DNA of 64,000 nucleotides from a virus, in the IMG/VR virus record IMGVR_UViG_3300026484_000436, positions 1 through 64,000 of that record, one strand, 5' to 3'. The notes under the pieces are model-generated. The model had not been told where the DNA came from. It was given only the letters and a program-made list of their open reading frames with translations, and searched no databases. Of this stretch, positions 34,748 through 44,966 are shown piece after piece. The position numbers and the translations under genes are program-made. Each line of letters starts with the position of its first letter. The first letter of the stretch is position 1.

Positions 34748-37700
34748 CTCGCCCAATTGGTGTGTTTTGTCTATTTGAACTAAATGATTCATCTTGTGTT
34801 ATAAAAGTATTTACTATTCCAACATTCGCAACTTCAAAACCATCTTCATATAAAGGCGAATTTAATTTAGTTGAATGAACTCCACTTGCTTCTTCATTGT
34901 CGAAGTTTCCATTCCCTACAACCATTGGGATATAACCATCTTTTACTTCTTCTTCGAAATAAATTCTGTATTTACCAACTGAAATTCTTTTGACACCTTT
35001 AATCCCATAACCTTTTATGATAGAACACCACCCGTCTTCATCATAATTCGTTCCATCAAAAACAACAGCAATTTTATTGAATCTTAGATCTGTTTTTTCT
35101 ACTTTAACATTATCCAATCTTTTTTCTTCGGCAGTTGCTCTTGAAATTTCATTATCAAGTTTCGCATCAATTTCGTTTTCTCTTTGAGTTGCTCTATTGA
35201 TTTCATCTGATAAATCTTCGTTGATTTGATTTTCAACTCTTTGTGCTCTATCTGATTCTTCTTCAAGTGAAACTCTCAATTTGTTTTCTTCGTCAATTGC
35301 TCTACTTCTTTCAACTGATATTTCATTTGACAACTCATTTTCTCTTTGAGTTGCTCTTGAAGTTTCATTTGAAATTTCATCTTCTAATTCGTCTTCTTTT
35401 GAAGTCGCTCTATTTATTTCATCGTCAAGTCTTTTATCAAGTACATTAACCTCATTAACAATTTCTGTTTCTTTTGTAGTCGCTCTATTAACTTCATTGT
35501 TTATCTGAATTTGTAAATCTTCATCTTTTGTTTTTGCTCTATTTATTTCATCATAAAGATTTGATTTGATATTTTCTTCTTCGGCAGTCGCTCTATTAAC
35601 TTCGTCATCTACTTTCTTTTCAATTAAATCTTCTTTCGAAGTTGCTCTATTAACTTCGTCTTCAATTTTTGAATTTAATTCATCATCTTTTGAAATACTT
35701 CTATTGATTTCATTTGAAATTTTATCTTCTAAGTCATTTTCTTTTGAAACTGCTCTATTAACTTCGTCTTCAATTTTTGAATTTAATCTTATATCTTCAT
35801 CGATTGCTCTACTAACTTCATTTGAAATTTTATCTTCTAGGTCATTTTCTTTTGAAACTGCTCTATTTGATTCATCATCGATTTTTGAATTCAATTCATC
35901 ATCTTTTGAAATACTTCTATTGATTTCATTTGAAATTTTATCTTCTAAATCGTTTTCTTTTGAAACTGCTCTATTTGATTCATCATCGATTTTTGAATTC
36001 AATTCATCATCTTTTGAAATACTTCTATTTATTTCATTTGAAATTTTATCTTCTAAGTCATTTTCTTTTGAAACTGCTCTATTAACTTCGTCTTCAATTT
36101 TTGAATTCAATTCATCATCTTTTGAAAAACTTCTATTGATTTCATTTGAAATTTTATCTTCTAAATCATTTTCTTTTGTAACTGCTCTATTGATTTCATC
36201 ATCGATTTTTGAATTTAATTCATCATCTTTTGAAATACTTCTATTGATTTCATTTGAAATTTTATCTTCTAAATCGTTTTCTTTTGAAGTTGCTCTATTT
36301 GTTTCATCATCAATTTTTGAATTTAATCTTGTATCTTCATCAACTGCTCTATTTACTTCATTTGAAATTTTATCTTCTAAATCGTTTTCTTTTGAAGTTG
36401 CTCTATTTGTTTCATCATCGATTTTTGAATTTAATCTTGTATCTTCATCAACTGCTCTATTGATTTCATTTGAAATTTTATCTTCTAAATCGTTTTCTTT
36501 CGAAGTTGCTCTATTTGTTTCATCATCGATTTTTGAATTTAATCTCGTATCTTCATCAACTGCTCTATTGATTTCATTTGAAATTTTATCTTCTAAATCA
36601 TTTTCTTTTGAAACTGCTCTATTAATTTCATCATTTATAGAAGTTTCAAGTTTATTATCTATATCCGTTGCCCTTATAATTTCATTTGATAATTTTTCAT
36701 CAATGTTATCTTCTTTTGAAACTGCTCTATTAACTTCGTCTTCAATTTTTGAATTTAATTCATCATCTTTTGAAATACTTCTATTTATTTCATTTGAAAT
36801 TTTATCTTCTAAGTCATTTTCTTTTGAAACTGCTCTATTGATTTCATCATTTATAGAAGTTTCAAGTTTATTATCAATTTCAATTGCTCTATTAACTTCA
36901 TCATCTACTTTCTTTTCAATTAAATCTTCTTTCGAAGTTGCTCTATTAACTTCGTCTTCAATTTTTGAATTCAATTCATCATCTTTTGAAATACTTCTAT
37001 TTATTTCATTGTCAAGTTTTTCGCTAATACTTCTTTCTGTAGAAATTGCTCTATTTTTTTCATCTTCGATATTTGATTTTAACGAAGTATCAGTTGATAT
37101 TGCTCTATTTTTTTCGTTTTTTAAATCTTCGGATAAAGTTTCCATTTTTGAATTTAATCTTGTATCTTCATCAACTGCTCTACTAATTTCATTTGAAATT
37201 TTATCTTCTAAATCATTTTCTTTTGTAACTGCTCTATTGATTTCATCATTTATAGAAGTTTCAAGTTTATTATCAACATCTATTGCTCTATTAACTTCGT
37301 CATCTACTTTCTTTTCAATTAAATCTTCTTTTGAAACTGCTCTATTAACTTCGTCTTCAATTTTTGAATTTAATTCATCATCTTTTGAAATACTTCTATT
37401 AACTTCGTCATCTACTTTCTTTTCAATTAAATCTTCTTTCGAAGTTGCTCTATTGATTTCATCTGAAATTTTGTTTTCAAGTTTAGTATCAATTTCAATT
37501 GCTCTATTAACTTCGTCATCTACTTTCTTTTCAATTAAATCTTCTTTTGAAACTGCTCTATTAACTTCATCTTCAATTTTTGAATTTAATTCGTCATCTT
37601 TTGAAATACTTCTACTAACTTCATTTGAAATTTTATCTTCTAAATCATTTTCTTTCGAAGTTGCTCTATTTATTTCATTTGAAATTTTTGAATTTAATTC

Positions 37701-39314
37701 ATCATCTTTTGAAATACTTCTATTAACTTCATCATCTACTTTCTTTTCAATTAAATCTTCTTTCGAAGTTGCTCTATTGATTTCATCTGAAATTTTATTT
37801 TCAAGTTTATTATCAATTTCAATTGCTCTATTAACTTCGTCATCTACTTTCTTTTCAATTAAATCTTCTTTCGAAGTTGCTCTATTGATTTCATCATTTA
37901 TAGAAGTTTCAAGTTTATTATCAATTTCAATTGCTCTATTAACTTCATCATCTACTTTCTTTTCAATTAAATCTTCTTTCGAAGTTGCTCTATTGATTTC
38001 ATCTGAAATTTTGTTTTCAAGTTTAGTATCAGCATCTATTGCTCTATTTACTTCATTTGAAATTTTATCTTCTAAATCATTTTCTTTCGAAGTTGCTCTA
38101 TTGATTTCATCATTTATAGAAGTTTCAAGTTTATTATCGACATCTATCGCTCTATTAACTTCACTATCTAATTTATTAGATATATCTGAAACATTTTCCC
38201 TAATAGAAGTTTCCTCTGCCACTGCTCTATCTTTTTCCGAATTTACTTTATCTTCTACAGATTTTGTATAAGCATTTGCTTCACTTATAGACGAATCCAA
38301 TTTATTATCTGCATCTACTGCTCTTGTAATTTCATCATTTAATTTCGCAACAGTCGTATCTAATTTACTTTTATTTTCTGAAATTTTATTAGATAAATCA
38401 TTTTCGGCAGTTTGTGCTCTTGTTTGTTCTGATGTAAGTTTTTGTCCTAAATCATCAAATCTATTTTGAGTATCTGTTTTTATAGTATCCACAGAACCAT
38501 TCAAGTAACTTATATCTTTAGAATTTTCATCGACTCTTGTATCAATATCTTTATTGAAAATATCAATTGAATTGACCCTATTTGTTACATTTTTAACATT
38601 ATCATCTATCGAATCCGTTTTATCTTTAAGTGATATAATTTCATTTTGAGAGTTTGATATATTACTTTTTAAAGTTTCAATTTTACCAACTAATTCGGTA
38701 TCTTTTTCAGTCGCTCTATTTATTTCAACTTGTAAATCACTTGACAAATCTTGATATTTATGGTTCAATAAATCCACTTTACCATTCACAAAATCTTCTG
38801 AAGCACTTTGATTTATTTCATCTTGTAATCTTGCTGTAACATCACTCACAGATTTATTAACAATATCGATTTTAGTTTCCAAAAGAGATTTATCTGCTTT
38901 TTGTGAAATTTTACCATCTACATCTGCTTTTGTATAAATATCGTTCATATTCGCTTTTAGATTAAGTTTTCCTTCGTAATCCGTAATAACTTTTTCAAGT
39001 TTTTGCTCATAAATTGATAATGTATTATTTAGAGTTGTAGAATCTACTTTTTGAGATAAAAATCTATCTATATCATTTTTACAATATATATCTGCAACAT
39101 TTGCTTTAACATTTAAAGAGTCCGTCAAATTTGTTTTTGTTACGGCATTTTCTTGAAGTGAAGAAACAACTGCTGATAAATCATTTATTCTTGTGCTATT
39201 GACATTTATTGTATTTATATAGTCGTTTAAATTCATTTTAGTAAGGATATCTGATATATTTAGGACCTGATTTGTTCCATAAATAATAGTATCCGCCTTA
39301 ATAGTTCCATACAT
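34731..39314 (-). CDS. 1527-aa coiled-coil fibre / whisker protein with 18-aa repeats and a C-terminal beta head
   Basis: (D/N)E(I/V)NRA..(K/E)(E/D)..L repeats; C-terminal GIKGVKRISVGKYRIYF is a common fibre-tip pattern. Confidence 0.8.
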   Translation of the reverse strand: MYGTIKADTIIYGTNQVLNISDILTKMNLNDYINTINVNSTRINDLSAVVSSLQENAVTKTNLTDSLNVKANVADIYCKNDIDRFLSQKVDSTTLNNTLSIYEQKLEKVITDYEGKLNLKANMNDIYTKADVDGKISQKADKSLLETKIDIVNKSVSDVTARLQDEINQSASEDFVNGKVDLLNHKYQDLSSDLQVEINRATEKDTELVGKIETLKSNISNSQNEIISLKDKTDSIDDNVKNVTNRVNSIDIFNKDIDTRVDENSKDISYLNGSVDTIKTDTQNRFDDLGQKLTSEQTRAQTAENDLSNKISENKSKLDTTVAKLNDEITRAVDADNKLDSSISEANAYTKSVEDKVNSEKDRAVAEETSIRENVSDISNKLDSEVNRAIDVDNKLETSINDEINRATSKENDLEDKISNEVNRAIDADTKLENKISDEINRATSKEDLIEKKVDDEVNRAIEIDNKLETSINDEINRATSKEDLIEKKVDDEVNRAIEIDNKLENKISDEINRATSKEDLIEKKVDDEVNRSISKDDELNSKISNEINRATSKENDLEDKISNEVSRSISKDDELNSKIEDEVNRAVSKEDLIEKKVDDEVNRAIEIDTKLENKISDEINRATSKEDLIEKKVDDEVNRSISKDDELNSKIEDEVNRAVSKEDLIEKKVDDEVNRAIDVDNKLETSINDEINRAVTKENDLEDKISNEISRAVDEDTRLNSKMETLSEDLKNEKNRAISTDTSLKSNIEDEKNRAISTERSISEKLDNEINRSISKDDELNSKIEDEVNRATSKEDLIEKKVDDEVNRAIEIDNKLETSINDEINRAVSKENDLEDKISNEINRSISKDDELNSKIEDEVNRAVSKEDNIDEKLSNEIIRATDIDNKLETSINDEINRAVSKENDLEDKISNEINRAVDEDTRLNSKIDDETNRATSKENDLEDKISNEINRAVDEDTRLNSKIDDETNRATSKENDLEDKISNEVNRAVDEDTRLNSKIDDETNRATSKENDLEDKISNEINRSISKDDELNSKIDDEINRAVTKENDLEDKISNEINRSFSKDDELNSKIEDEVNRAVSKENDLEDKISNEINRSISKDDELNSKIDDESNRAVSKENDLEDKISNEINRSISKDDELNSKIDDESNRAVSKENDLEDKISNEVSRAIDEDIRLNSKIEDEVNRAVSKENDLEDKISNEINRSISKDDELNSKIEDEVNRATSKEDLIEKKVDDEVNRATAEEENIKSNLYDEINRAKTKDEDLQIQINNEVNRATTKETEIVNEVNVLDKRLDDEINRATSKEDELEDEISNETSRATQRENELSNEISVERSRAIDEENKLRVSLEEESDRAQRVENQINEDLSDEINRATQRENEIDAKLDNEISRATAEEKRLDNVKVEKTDLRFNKIAVVFDGTNYDEDGWCSIIKGYGIKGVKRISVGKYRIYFEEEVKDGYIPMVVGNGNFDNEEASGVHSTKLNSPLYEDGFEVANVGIVNTFITQDESFSSNRQNTPIGRENQGF
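35115..38440. repeat. coding tandem array of 54-bp units (about 60 units)
   Basis: recurring GCTCTATT core every 54 nt; a handful of unit types reshuffled. Confidence 0.9.
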
Positions 39315-39359
39315 TAAGCATCCTTTTTGTTATCTTTTAAATTATTTAATTTTTTAGTT

Positions 39360-39620
39360 TTAAACTACACTTAAAGTGCTTCCCTTAGGTATTTCAAGTG
39401 TAGTTCCACTCTCAATTTCAAAAGGTCCTCCAACGATAGAATTATGCCCATCTTGGATTTTATAATCATTCGTCAATTTGTTTATGTTCTGTTTTAAGTA
39501 ACTTTTAGCATCTATTTCATCTTTCGTATAATAAATATCATCGTGTTTATGAGTATCTAAAAGTGTAAATAATTGCTTTATTCTTTCTATAATATAATCT
39601 ATTAAAATAAAATTTTTCAT
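39360..39620 (-). CDS. small fibre-associated protein
   Basis: HKHDDIYYTKDEID and TNDYKIQDGHNSIVGGPFEIESGTTLEIPKGSTLSVV are recurrent phage fibre motifs. Confidence 0.6.
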   Translation of the reverse strand: MKNFILIDYIIERIKQLFTLLDTHKHDDIYYTKDEIDAKSYLKQNINKLTNDYKIQDGHNSIVGGPFEIESGTTLEIPKGSTLSVV

Positions 39621-39630
39621 ATAAAATCCT

Positions 39631-40152
39631 TTAAAAATTTGAATTACTAAATGAAATTATTGAATCATTTTTAACATTTATTTCATCTATCGCTAATAAG
39701 TTATCTTTATAATAGTAATTTATTTTTGAAGGAAAATAATTTACATATTCATCAAGGTAATTGAAATTTATATAATCTATTGTCATATAATACCCATTTT
39801 CGAACTCAATTCTATAAATATCGTTATTTTTGTTTCTTAAAATTTCGATAGACTTCATAAATTGAAATTGAGTAACTTTATTATAAATTTCTAAAAGCAT
39901 TTTTTTATAATGCTCAATTTCTGCCTTTAATTTTTCAATTTCTGTTTTAACCATTTCTTCAATATCATTTTTTGTATTCTCTAAATCAACCATTACCTTA
40001 TTTTCAAGGTCCGAAATTTTATCGTTTATCAATGAAATAAGATCCTCAGGTGAAGTACCATTTGATAGAGTATTTTTTAAATTTATAATTTCTTGTATTG
40101 TAATTGTTTGTCCCGATTGACAATCTTTCAAAAAATCTGTTTTAATTGACAT
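39631..40152 (-). CDS. hypothetical structural protein (coiled coil plus beta C-terminus)
   Basis: ORF in the fibre cluster; MSIKT start like its neighbours (MSIKTC, MPIKTD). Confidence 0.55.
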   Translation of the reverse strand: MSIKTDFLKDCQSGQTITIQEIINLKNTLSNGTSPEDLISLINDKISDLENKVMVDLENTKNDIEEMVKTEIEKLKAEIEHYKKMLLEIYNKVTQFQFMKSIEILRNKNNDIYRIEFENGYYMTIDYINFNYLDEYVNYFPSKINYYYKDNLLAIDEINVKNDSIISFSNSNF

Positions 40153-40163
40153 TTTAATTTCCT

Positions 40164-40712
40164 TTATTTAAAAATCAAAAGAGTTAAATCCAAGGGGTGC
40201 TCTTTTAAATTCAATAATTGTTTATTTTCAGCAAAGGCACTGGCATCATAAATATATATTTTGTTTCCATCGACCCTTAACTCTGCCATTTCTTCATCTG
40301 TTTCAGCAACTATAAAAATACAATCATTTTCATAAATAAAGGGATTTTCTTGGGGTTCCACCGAAATTTTTTCATAACTTGAAGAATCAATTTTTTCGAT
40401 TACTTCATCTATCAATTTCTTTTTAATAAAAACAGTTATCACACCTTCAACTTCGGTGCCGTCTTCACAAACCCATTTATTACTTATTTCCCGTTCTTTT
40501 GTCGCTGTATCACAAAAAACTTTCCAACTTGAAGAATTTCTACTATCAAATAAATCTGCATAATATGCTACTTTATAATTTCCTTCTTCATCTTTATTCT
40601 CATCACTTTCTTGACGGGAATTTACCCATTTTTTTGTCCATTTTATAGCAGCATCCGTTGAAATTGTCGATTTTCCTCTAATTAAAACTTCTAATTTTTG
40701 TAATGCCAACAT
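40164..40712 (-). CDS. hypothetical protein
   Basis: ORF with RBS and TTAAATA motif. Confidence 0.55.
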   Translation of the reverse strand: MLALQKLEVLIRGKSTISTDAAIKWTKKWVNSRQESDENKDEEGNYKVAYYADLFDSRNSSSWKVFCDTATKEREISNKWVCEDGTEVEGVITVFIKKKLIDEVIEKIDSSSYEKISVEPQENPFIYENDCIFIVAETDEEMAELRVDGNKIYIYDASAFAENKQLLNLKEHPLDLTLLIFK

Positions 40713-40808
40713 CTTAATAACTTCCTCTTTTAAAGTTATTTAAAGTATTTTTCATTTTAAAACAATCAGAATATAGATAATTTTAAAATAAAAAAGGAGG
40801 AGAACTCA

Positions 40809-41693
40809 TTAAAGAGTTGCTGCATCCCCAGATTCATTTGTGTCTGCTTCAGCATTAACATTCATAACTGAATTAAAAGCATCTGCAAAACTTTTTGCGA
40901 TTGCTGCTGGGTCGATTGTTAAAACACTTGAAGTAACATTTTCGTTCGCTTTTTGAACTGCCATTTCTATTGCTTCACTTTTTACCTGAGCAACTTGATT
41001 GTCAATTACTGTTTGGAATTCTGATTTTGCATTTTCAATTAAACTTAAAATTTTTGTGCTTGAAAAAGTTTTTGCTGCATCAATAGCAGAATCATCAATT
41101 TCAGTTTTTGATTCAATTTTACCTTGAACTTCTTTAATAAGTGATTCAATTTTCGCACTTGAAAATACACCTTTTCCAGAAGCAACACTATCATCAATTT
41201 TTAAAAGTGAATTTTTTACTGCTTCTATTTCTGTTTTATTTGCTTCAATAGAATTAGTAACTTCACTTATTTTGCTTGTGATTTCTTGAGTTTTTGCATC
41301 TACAACTTCGTTAATTTTACCTTCGATTGATGCTTCTAAATCAGCAATTGTTTTATTTGTGCTTGCTAATTTTTCTGTAACTTCATCAATTCTACCACCT
41401 AATTCTTTGAATGAACCTGTAAGTGTTTCAATTGCTTTTTTGTTATCTGTTAAAATACCAATGATATTTTCAACACTAAATTCGCTATCTTCATCTCCAT
41501 CTAACACTTTTGAAATCGTATTAATTTTTGCGATTACATCATTAATGTCTGCTTTTGATAATGCTTCAATGTTAGCAATTTGGTCTTGGATTGAACCTAA
41601 TTCTTGTTTAACTGCTGTTGCTGTTGCTGTCCCTAATTGAGCAGCAATCATTTCAAGTAATTTTTCTTGTGTTTCATAAGTTTGAACTGCCAT
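40809..41693 (-). CDS. coiled-coil virion protein
   Basis: two IDDS......FSS.KI motifs; Ala/Ser-rich; followed by a terminator-like U-run. Confidence 0.6.
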   Translation of the reverse strand: MAVQTYETQEKLLEMIAAQLGTATATAVKQELGSIQDQIANIEALSKADINDVIAKINTISKVLDGDEDSEFSVENIIGILTDNKKAIETLTGSFKELGGRIDEVTEKLASTNKTIADLEASIEGKINEVVDAKTQEITSKISEVTNSIEANKTEIEAVKNSLLKIDDSVASGKGVFSSAKIESLIKEVQGKIESKTEIDDSAIDAAKTFSSTKILSLIENAKSEFQTVIDNQVAQVKSEAIEMAVQKANENVTSSVLTIDPAAIAKSFADAFNSVMNVNAEADTNESGDAATL

Positions 41694-41716
41694 TTAATAT
41701 CCTTTTTTTGTAATAT

Positions 41717-41740
41717 GGGACGATTTTTTAAAATCGTCCC
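41717..41740. other. perfect inverted repeat GGGACGATTTT-2-AAAATCGTCCC in the leader of 40809-41693
   Basis: read directly from the sequence; lies just downstream of TTAAATAC; no U-tract. Confidence 0.75.
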
Positions 41741-41768
41741 TCAATTGTATTTAATTTTTAAAGATTTT

Positions 41769-42434
41769 TTATGCTCTTTCCACAGGTTCTCTTGGTGCAT
41801 ATTTATCAATTAAATCTTTTTCATAGTTAATCATAATTGTAAATGGGAAAGCATTTGGATAATTCCCATCATCATCTTGTTCTGCCCCATCTACATATTT
41901 TACATTCAATTCAGCAAAGTGTCTTAAATCTCTTGCAATAACTTTTGCAGATTTCTCATCAACTTTTAATGCTTGGAGTGTTACTGGTGCCATAACCTCC
42001 CCATTTAACGAAACCATAACCTGATATTTAGATGTATCTGGGAAATTATATTGACCTAAATCAATAACTACTTCTCCAGAATCACTATTAAAAAGATACT
42101 CATAAGTATCTGTTTTTCTAATTACATTTATAGCATCGACTAACTTATTAACAATATCTATAACATCTAAAAATTGGTCTTCGGCATCACCTTCACCTAA
42201 AAGTTCTTTAAGTGCTTTAACTTTTGCCTTTAAATCATCTAAATCTCCACCTGCTAAATCATCAATTTGACCTTGCAAGTCGTTTAATGCATTCTCAACA
42301 TCTCCATCTAGACTATTATGTTTAGATGCTAAGTTCGTTACATTTTCATATAAATCTTTAACTGTCTGAAATACACCTTTTGAATAATCTTCAGGTGTAA
42401 GTGTTACTAAATCGTTACTTAAATCGTAAGACAT
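41769..42434 (-). CDS. virion protein, coiled coil plus small beta domain
   Basis: acidic; RBS and TTAAATA motif upstream. Confidence 0.55.
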   Translation of the reverse strand: MSYDLSNDLVTLTPEDYSKGVFQTVKDLYENVTNLASKHNSLDGDVENALNDLQGQIDDLAGGDLDDLKAKVKALKELLGEGDAEDQFLDVIDIVNKLVDAINVIRKTDTYEYLFNSDSGEVVIDLGQYNFPDTSKYQVMVSLNGEVMAPVTLQALKVDEKSAKVIARDLRHFAELNVKYVDGAEQDDDGNYPNAFPFTIMINYEKDLIDKYAPREPVERA

Positions 42435-42475
42435 TTCTCTTTCCTTTATTTTATATTCTCATAATTATTTAACGA

Positions 42476-42898
42476 TTAAGAATCGCAACTTTTGTGATTT
42501 TCACAATCCTCGCAAGTCATTAAATCGTCATTATGAGCGTGAATAGTCGTATTGTCAAAATATGCCATAACTTCCTCTTTTTTAATTTCATAACAAGGAA
42601 ACAAATCTCTTAAATTGATATTACAATCATTTCTTTTTAAAAAATCCATTTTATTATGTATAATTTTTAAATCTGTAGATTTTATTATATCAATTTTATT
42701 TTTTAATTGGGCAATATGTTCTATAAGACCATCTATATTTGTACCATCCAATTCTGGAATTTCATCAAAAAACCTTTGTAATGGTGCTAATAAATACTTA
42801 TCATTTTCGAATAATTTTTTTGAATTTATATTTAAGGATTTTCCTGATATTGAATTGCTATCAACTTTTATTTTGTCTAAATTTGTATGTGGTAACAT
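42476..42898 (-). CDS. fibre-attachment-like protein
   Basis: LNINSKKLFENDKYL anchor motif. Confidence 0.55.
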   Translation of the reverse strand: MLPHTNLDKIKVDSNSISGKSLNINSKKLFENDKYLLAPLQRFFDEIPELDGTNIDGLIEHIAQLKNKIDIIKSTDLKIIHNKMDFLKRNDCNINLRDLFPCYEIKKEEVMAYFDNTTIHAHNDDLMTCEDCENHKSCDS

Positions 42899-42910
42899 AA
42901 TTTTTTACCT

Positions 42911-43363
42911 TTAATCTTCAACTTTTTCAGTCGTCAAGTCCCCATCCTTTATGAATACACGATAAACATCTTCATCTTCTCTAAGGAAAAAATCATTTTG
43001 AATGGGTTGTCTATAAGTAAATTTATACCAAGCAATTTCATCAGATAACGATTTATTATTTTCGCCAGTCATTGACACATAAAAGGATCCATTTGCTAAA
43101 ACAACATCTCCCTTCTTGTATTTTTTTGTAGATGTATATATTTCAAAATTACCTTCAAAAATTCCAAGAAGAGATTTGTTTAGTTGAATAATTTTTTCTA
43201 AAAAGATTTGATTCACTAAAATTGATTTTCCTGCTCTGTTTAAATTTTTACCTGTAAATGAAGTATATAAATCTTCTTCAGAACCTTCATAAATCCAAAA
43301 ATCTGTAAATTCTGAATTTACGATTGGTAAGTTATCGTCGATTCTATCATAATTTTTATTCAT
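42911..43363 (-). CDS. fibre-attachment-like protein with a carbohydrate-binding-module-like repeat
   Basis: LNRAGKSILVNQIFL; YTSTKKYKKGDVVLANGSFYVS..N......W. Confidence 0.6.
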   Translation of the reverse strand: MNKNYDRIDDNLPIVNSEFTDFWIYEGSEEDLYTSFTGKNLNRAGKSILVNQIFLEKIIQLNKSLLGIFEGNFEIYTSTKKYKKGDVVLANGSFYVSMTGENNKSLSDEIAWYKFTYRQPIQNDFFLREDEDVYRVFIKDGDLTTEKVED

Positions 43364-43372
43364 TTTAAACCT

Positions 43373-44002
43373 TTATTTATAATCATTATACAAAATAGTT
43401 ATTTCCACACTTGGAATTTCATTTGTAATAGGGTTATTTATAAAGTATTTAACATTTTTTCCTTCTATCCACCAACCTGAAAATTGAGTTTCATCTATTT
43501 TTTTATTTTCAAAAAAAGGCAACCCATCCATTGAAGCACCTATCGGTGGTATTTCAAATAAAAAACTATTTATCTTACCCATAACTTTTATATTATTAGA
43601 AATAGTTTTTAATTCTATATTATCATAAATTGAAATGTTATTATAAAAATTAACTTTTTTATCTTTTTTAAATTTATAAACAATTTTTGAATACCCCACT
43701 TGTATTTTATTAGAGTCTTTTTTAAACATTTCATATAATTCCCGTTTAATTATATATTGAGGTTTAAAACAAAAATTTGCCGCAGAAATAGATTTATAGA
43801 AAAATAAATCTTTTTCCTGAAATGTTTTTAGTTCGGGGTATGGGAAGTCTATATTTTTCACTAATTTTAAGTTGAATTGATATCTATCTAATATATTATC
43901 ATAAACTTTCTTTTTTAAATTATTTATGACATCTATTAAAGATAATAATTTTTCTGAATAATTAATCTTATTTTCATCTACTAAAATCATTTTTATCTCC
44001 AA
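43373..44002 (-). CDS. hypothetical structural protein, paralog of 43993-44628
   Basis: shared IPP.G.S..G.P......FSGWWIE domain. Confidence 0.6.
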   Translation of the reverse strand: MEIKMILVDENKINYSEKLLSLIDVINNLKKKVYDNILDRYQFNLKLVKNIDFPYPELKTFQEKDLFFYKSISAANFCFKPQYIIKRELYEMFKKDSNKIQVGYSKIVYKFKKDKKVNFYNNISIYDNIELKTISNNIKVMGKINSFLFEIPPIGASMDGLPFFENKKIDETQFSGWWIEGKNVKYFINNPITNEIPSVEITILYNDYK

Positions 44003-44628
44003 ATTAGGATTTTAAATGAAATTTTATCACATTTTCCTAACCATTGTTCTTTATCTGTTTTTTTCAAAAATATCTTTATTTGATTATTTTCAATCCACCA
44101 ACCTGAAAAATTTGTAACAACTCCATTTTTATTTAGTGGGAACCCATTTAATGATATACCTACTGGTGGTATTTGGGTAATTAATCCATTATCCCCACCA
44201 TTTTTTTGAGCGCACTCATCAAGTTTCACAAGAATTTCCAAATATGATGGAGTATAATTGAGAGTAGCAAGTGTCCCATACCAGAAATCTTTAGAATTGT
44301 CATATTCAAGTTGTTTCCACTCAATTATTTCAGAAGCACTTAATGGTTTCTTTTCATTCGCTTCTAAAATACTTTTTTTAATATCATCTATTAAAGGGCT
44401 CATATAATCCTTCATCGATTGTAAAAATTCTTCATAAGAATGTCCATCAATCATAGAAGCATTTTTAGCATAATAAACAGATAATCTATTTCCATCATTA
44501 TCTGTAACTATATTACCCACATTTTTTATGTTTCTTGCTGCATAATCAAATTCTTTTAAATTGTTAAGTGAATTTTCAATATCTTCAAGTTTATTATAAA
44601 TATCTTGTATTTCCATTATAACTCCCAT
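43993..44628 (-). CDS. hypothetical structural protein, paralog of 43373-44002
   Basis: NASMIDGHS fibre motif; IPPVGISLNGFP..FSGWWIE. Confidence 0.6.
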   Translation of the reverse strand: MGVIMEIQDIYNKLEDIENSLNNLKEFDYAARNIKNVGNIVTDNDGNRLSVYYAKNASMIDGHSYEEFLQSMKDYMSPLIDDIKKSILEANEKKPLSASEIIEWKQLEYDNSKDFWYGTLATLNYTPSYLEILVKLDECAQKNGGDNGLITQIPPVGISLNGFPLNKNGVVTNFSGWWIENNQIKIFLKKTDKEQWLGKCDKISFKILIWR

Positions 44629-44966
44629 TTTTTAATAGATCCAAAATCATTGAATAATTGGATAAATTCATCACTTTTTTCTATATCAAGATTGCTAAAA
44701 TAATAATCCATTATTTTTTCGCAAGATTCTTTTGGTGTATTTTCATTTATCTTGTCAATTATTTCCACAAGATAATTCATATCGTTAAATAATTTAATAT
44801 CATTTTCAAGTAATTTTTCAAATTGTTTATTAACAGTTTCTGCTGTTAAAAAAACCTGTACAGGTTTTTTATCTTCATAAAATAAGAAGACATCTAAGTC
44901 ATTAACAAAATTCATATTCTTCCTCCAAGAAAGTATTTTCACCTTGGCAAAAATCAAAAGGAACAT
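44616..44966 (-). CDS. fibre-attachment-like protein (true start probably MNFVND)
   Basis: VNKQFEKLLENDIKL motif. Confidence 0.55.
   Translation of the reverse strand: MFLLIFAKVKILSWRKNMNFVNDLDVFLFYEDKKPVQVFLTAETVNKQFEKLLENDIKLFNDMNYLVEIIDKINENTPKESCEKIMDYYFSNLDIEKSDEFIQLFNDFGSIKKWEL

Noticed and set aside
35566-38271. 901-aa plus-strand ORF
   Set aside because: Antisense shadow of the 54-bp coding repeat; Ser/Phe/Leu/Ile-rich, and the repeat propagates the absence of stops.
35115-38440. Possible CRISPR array or non-coding satellite
   Set aside because: Units are in-frame 18-codon coding repeats with no unique spacers.
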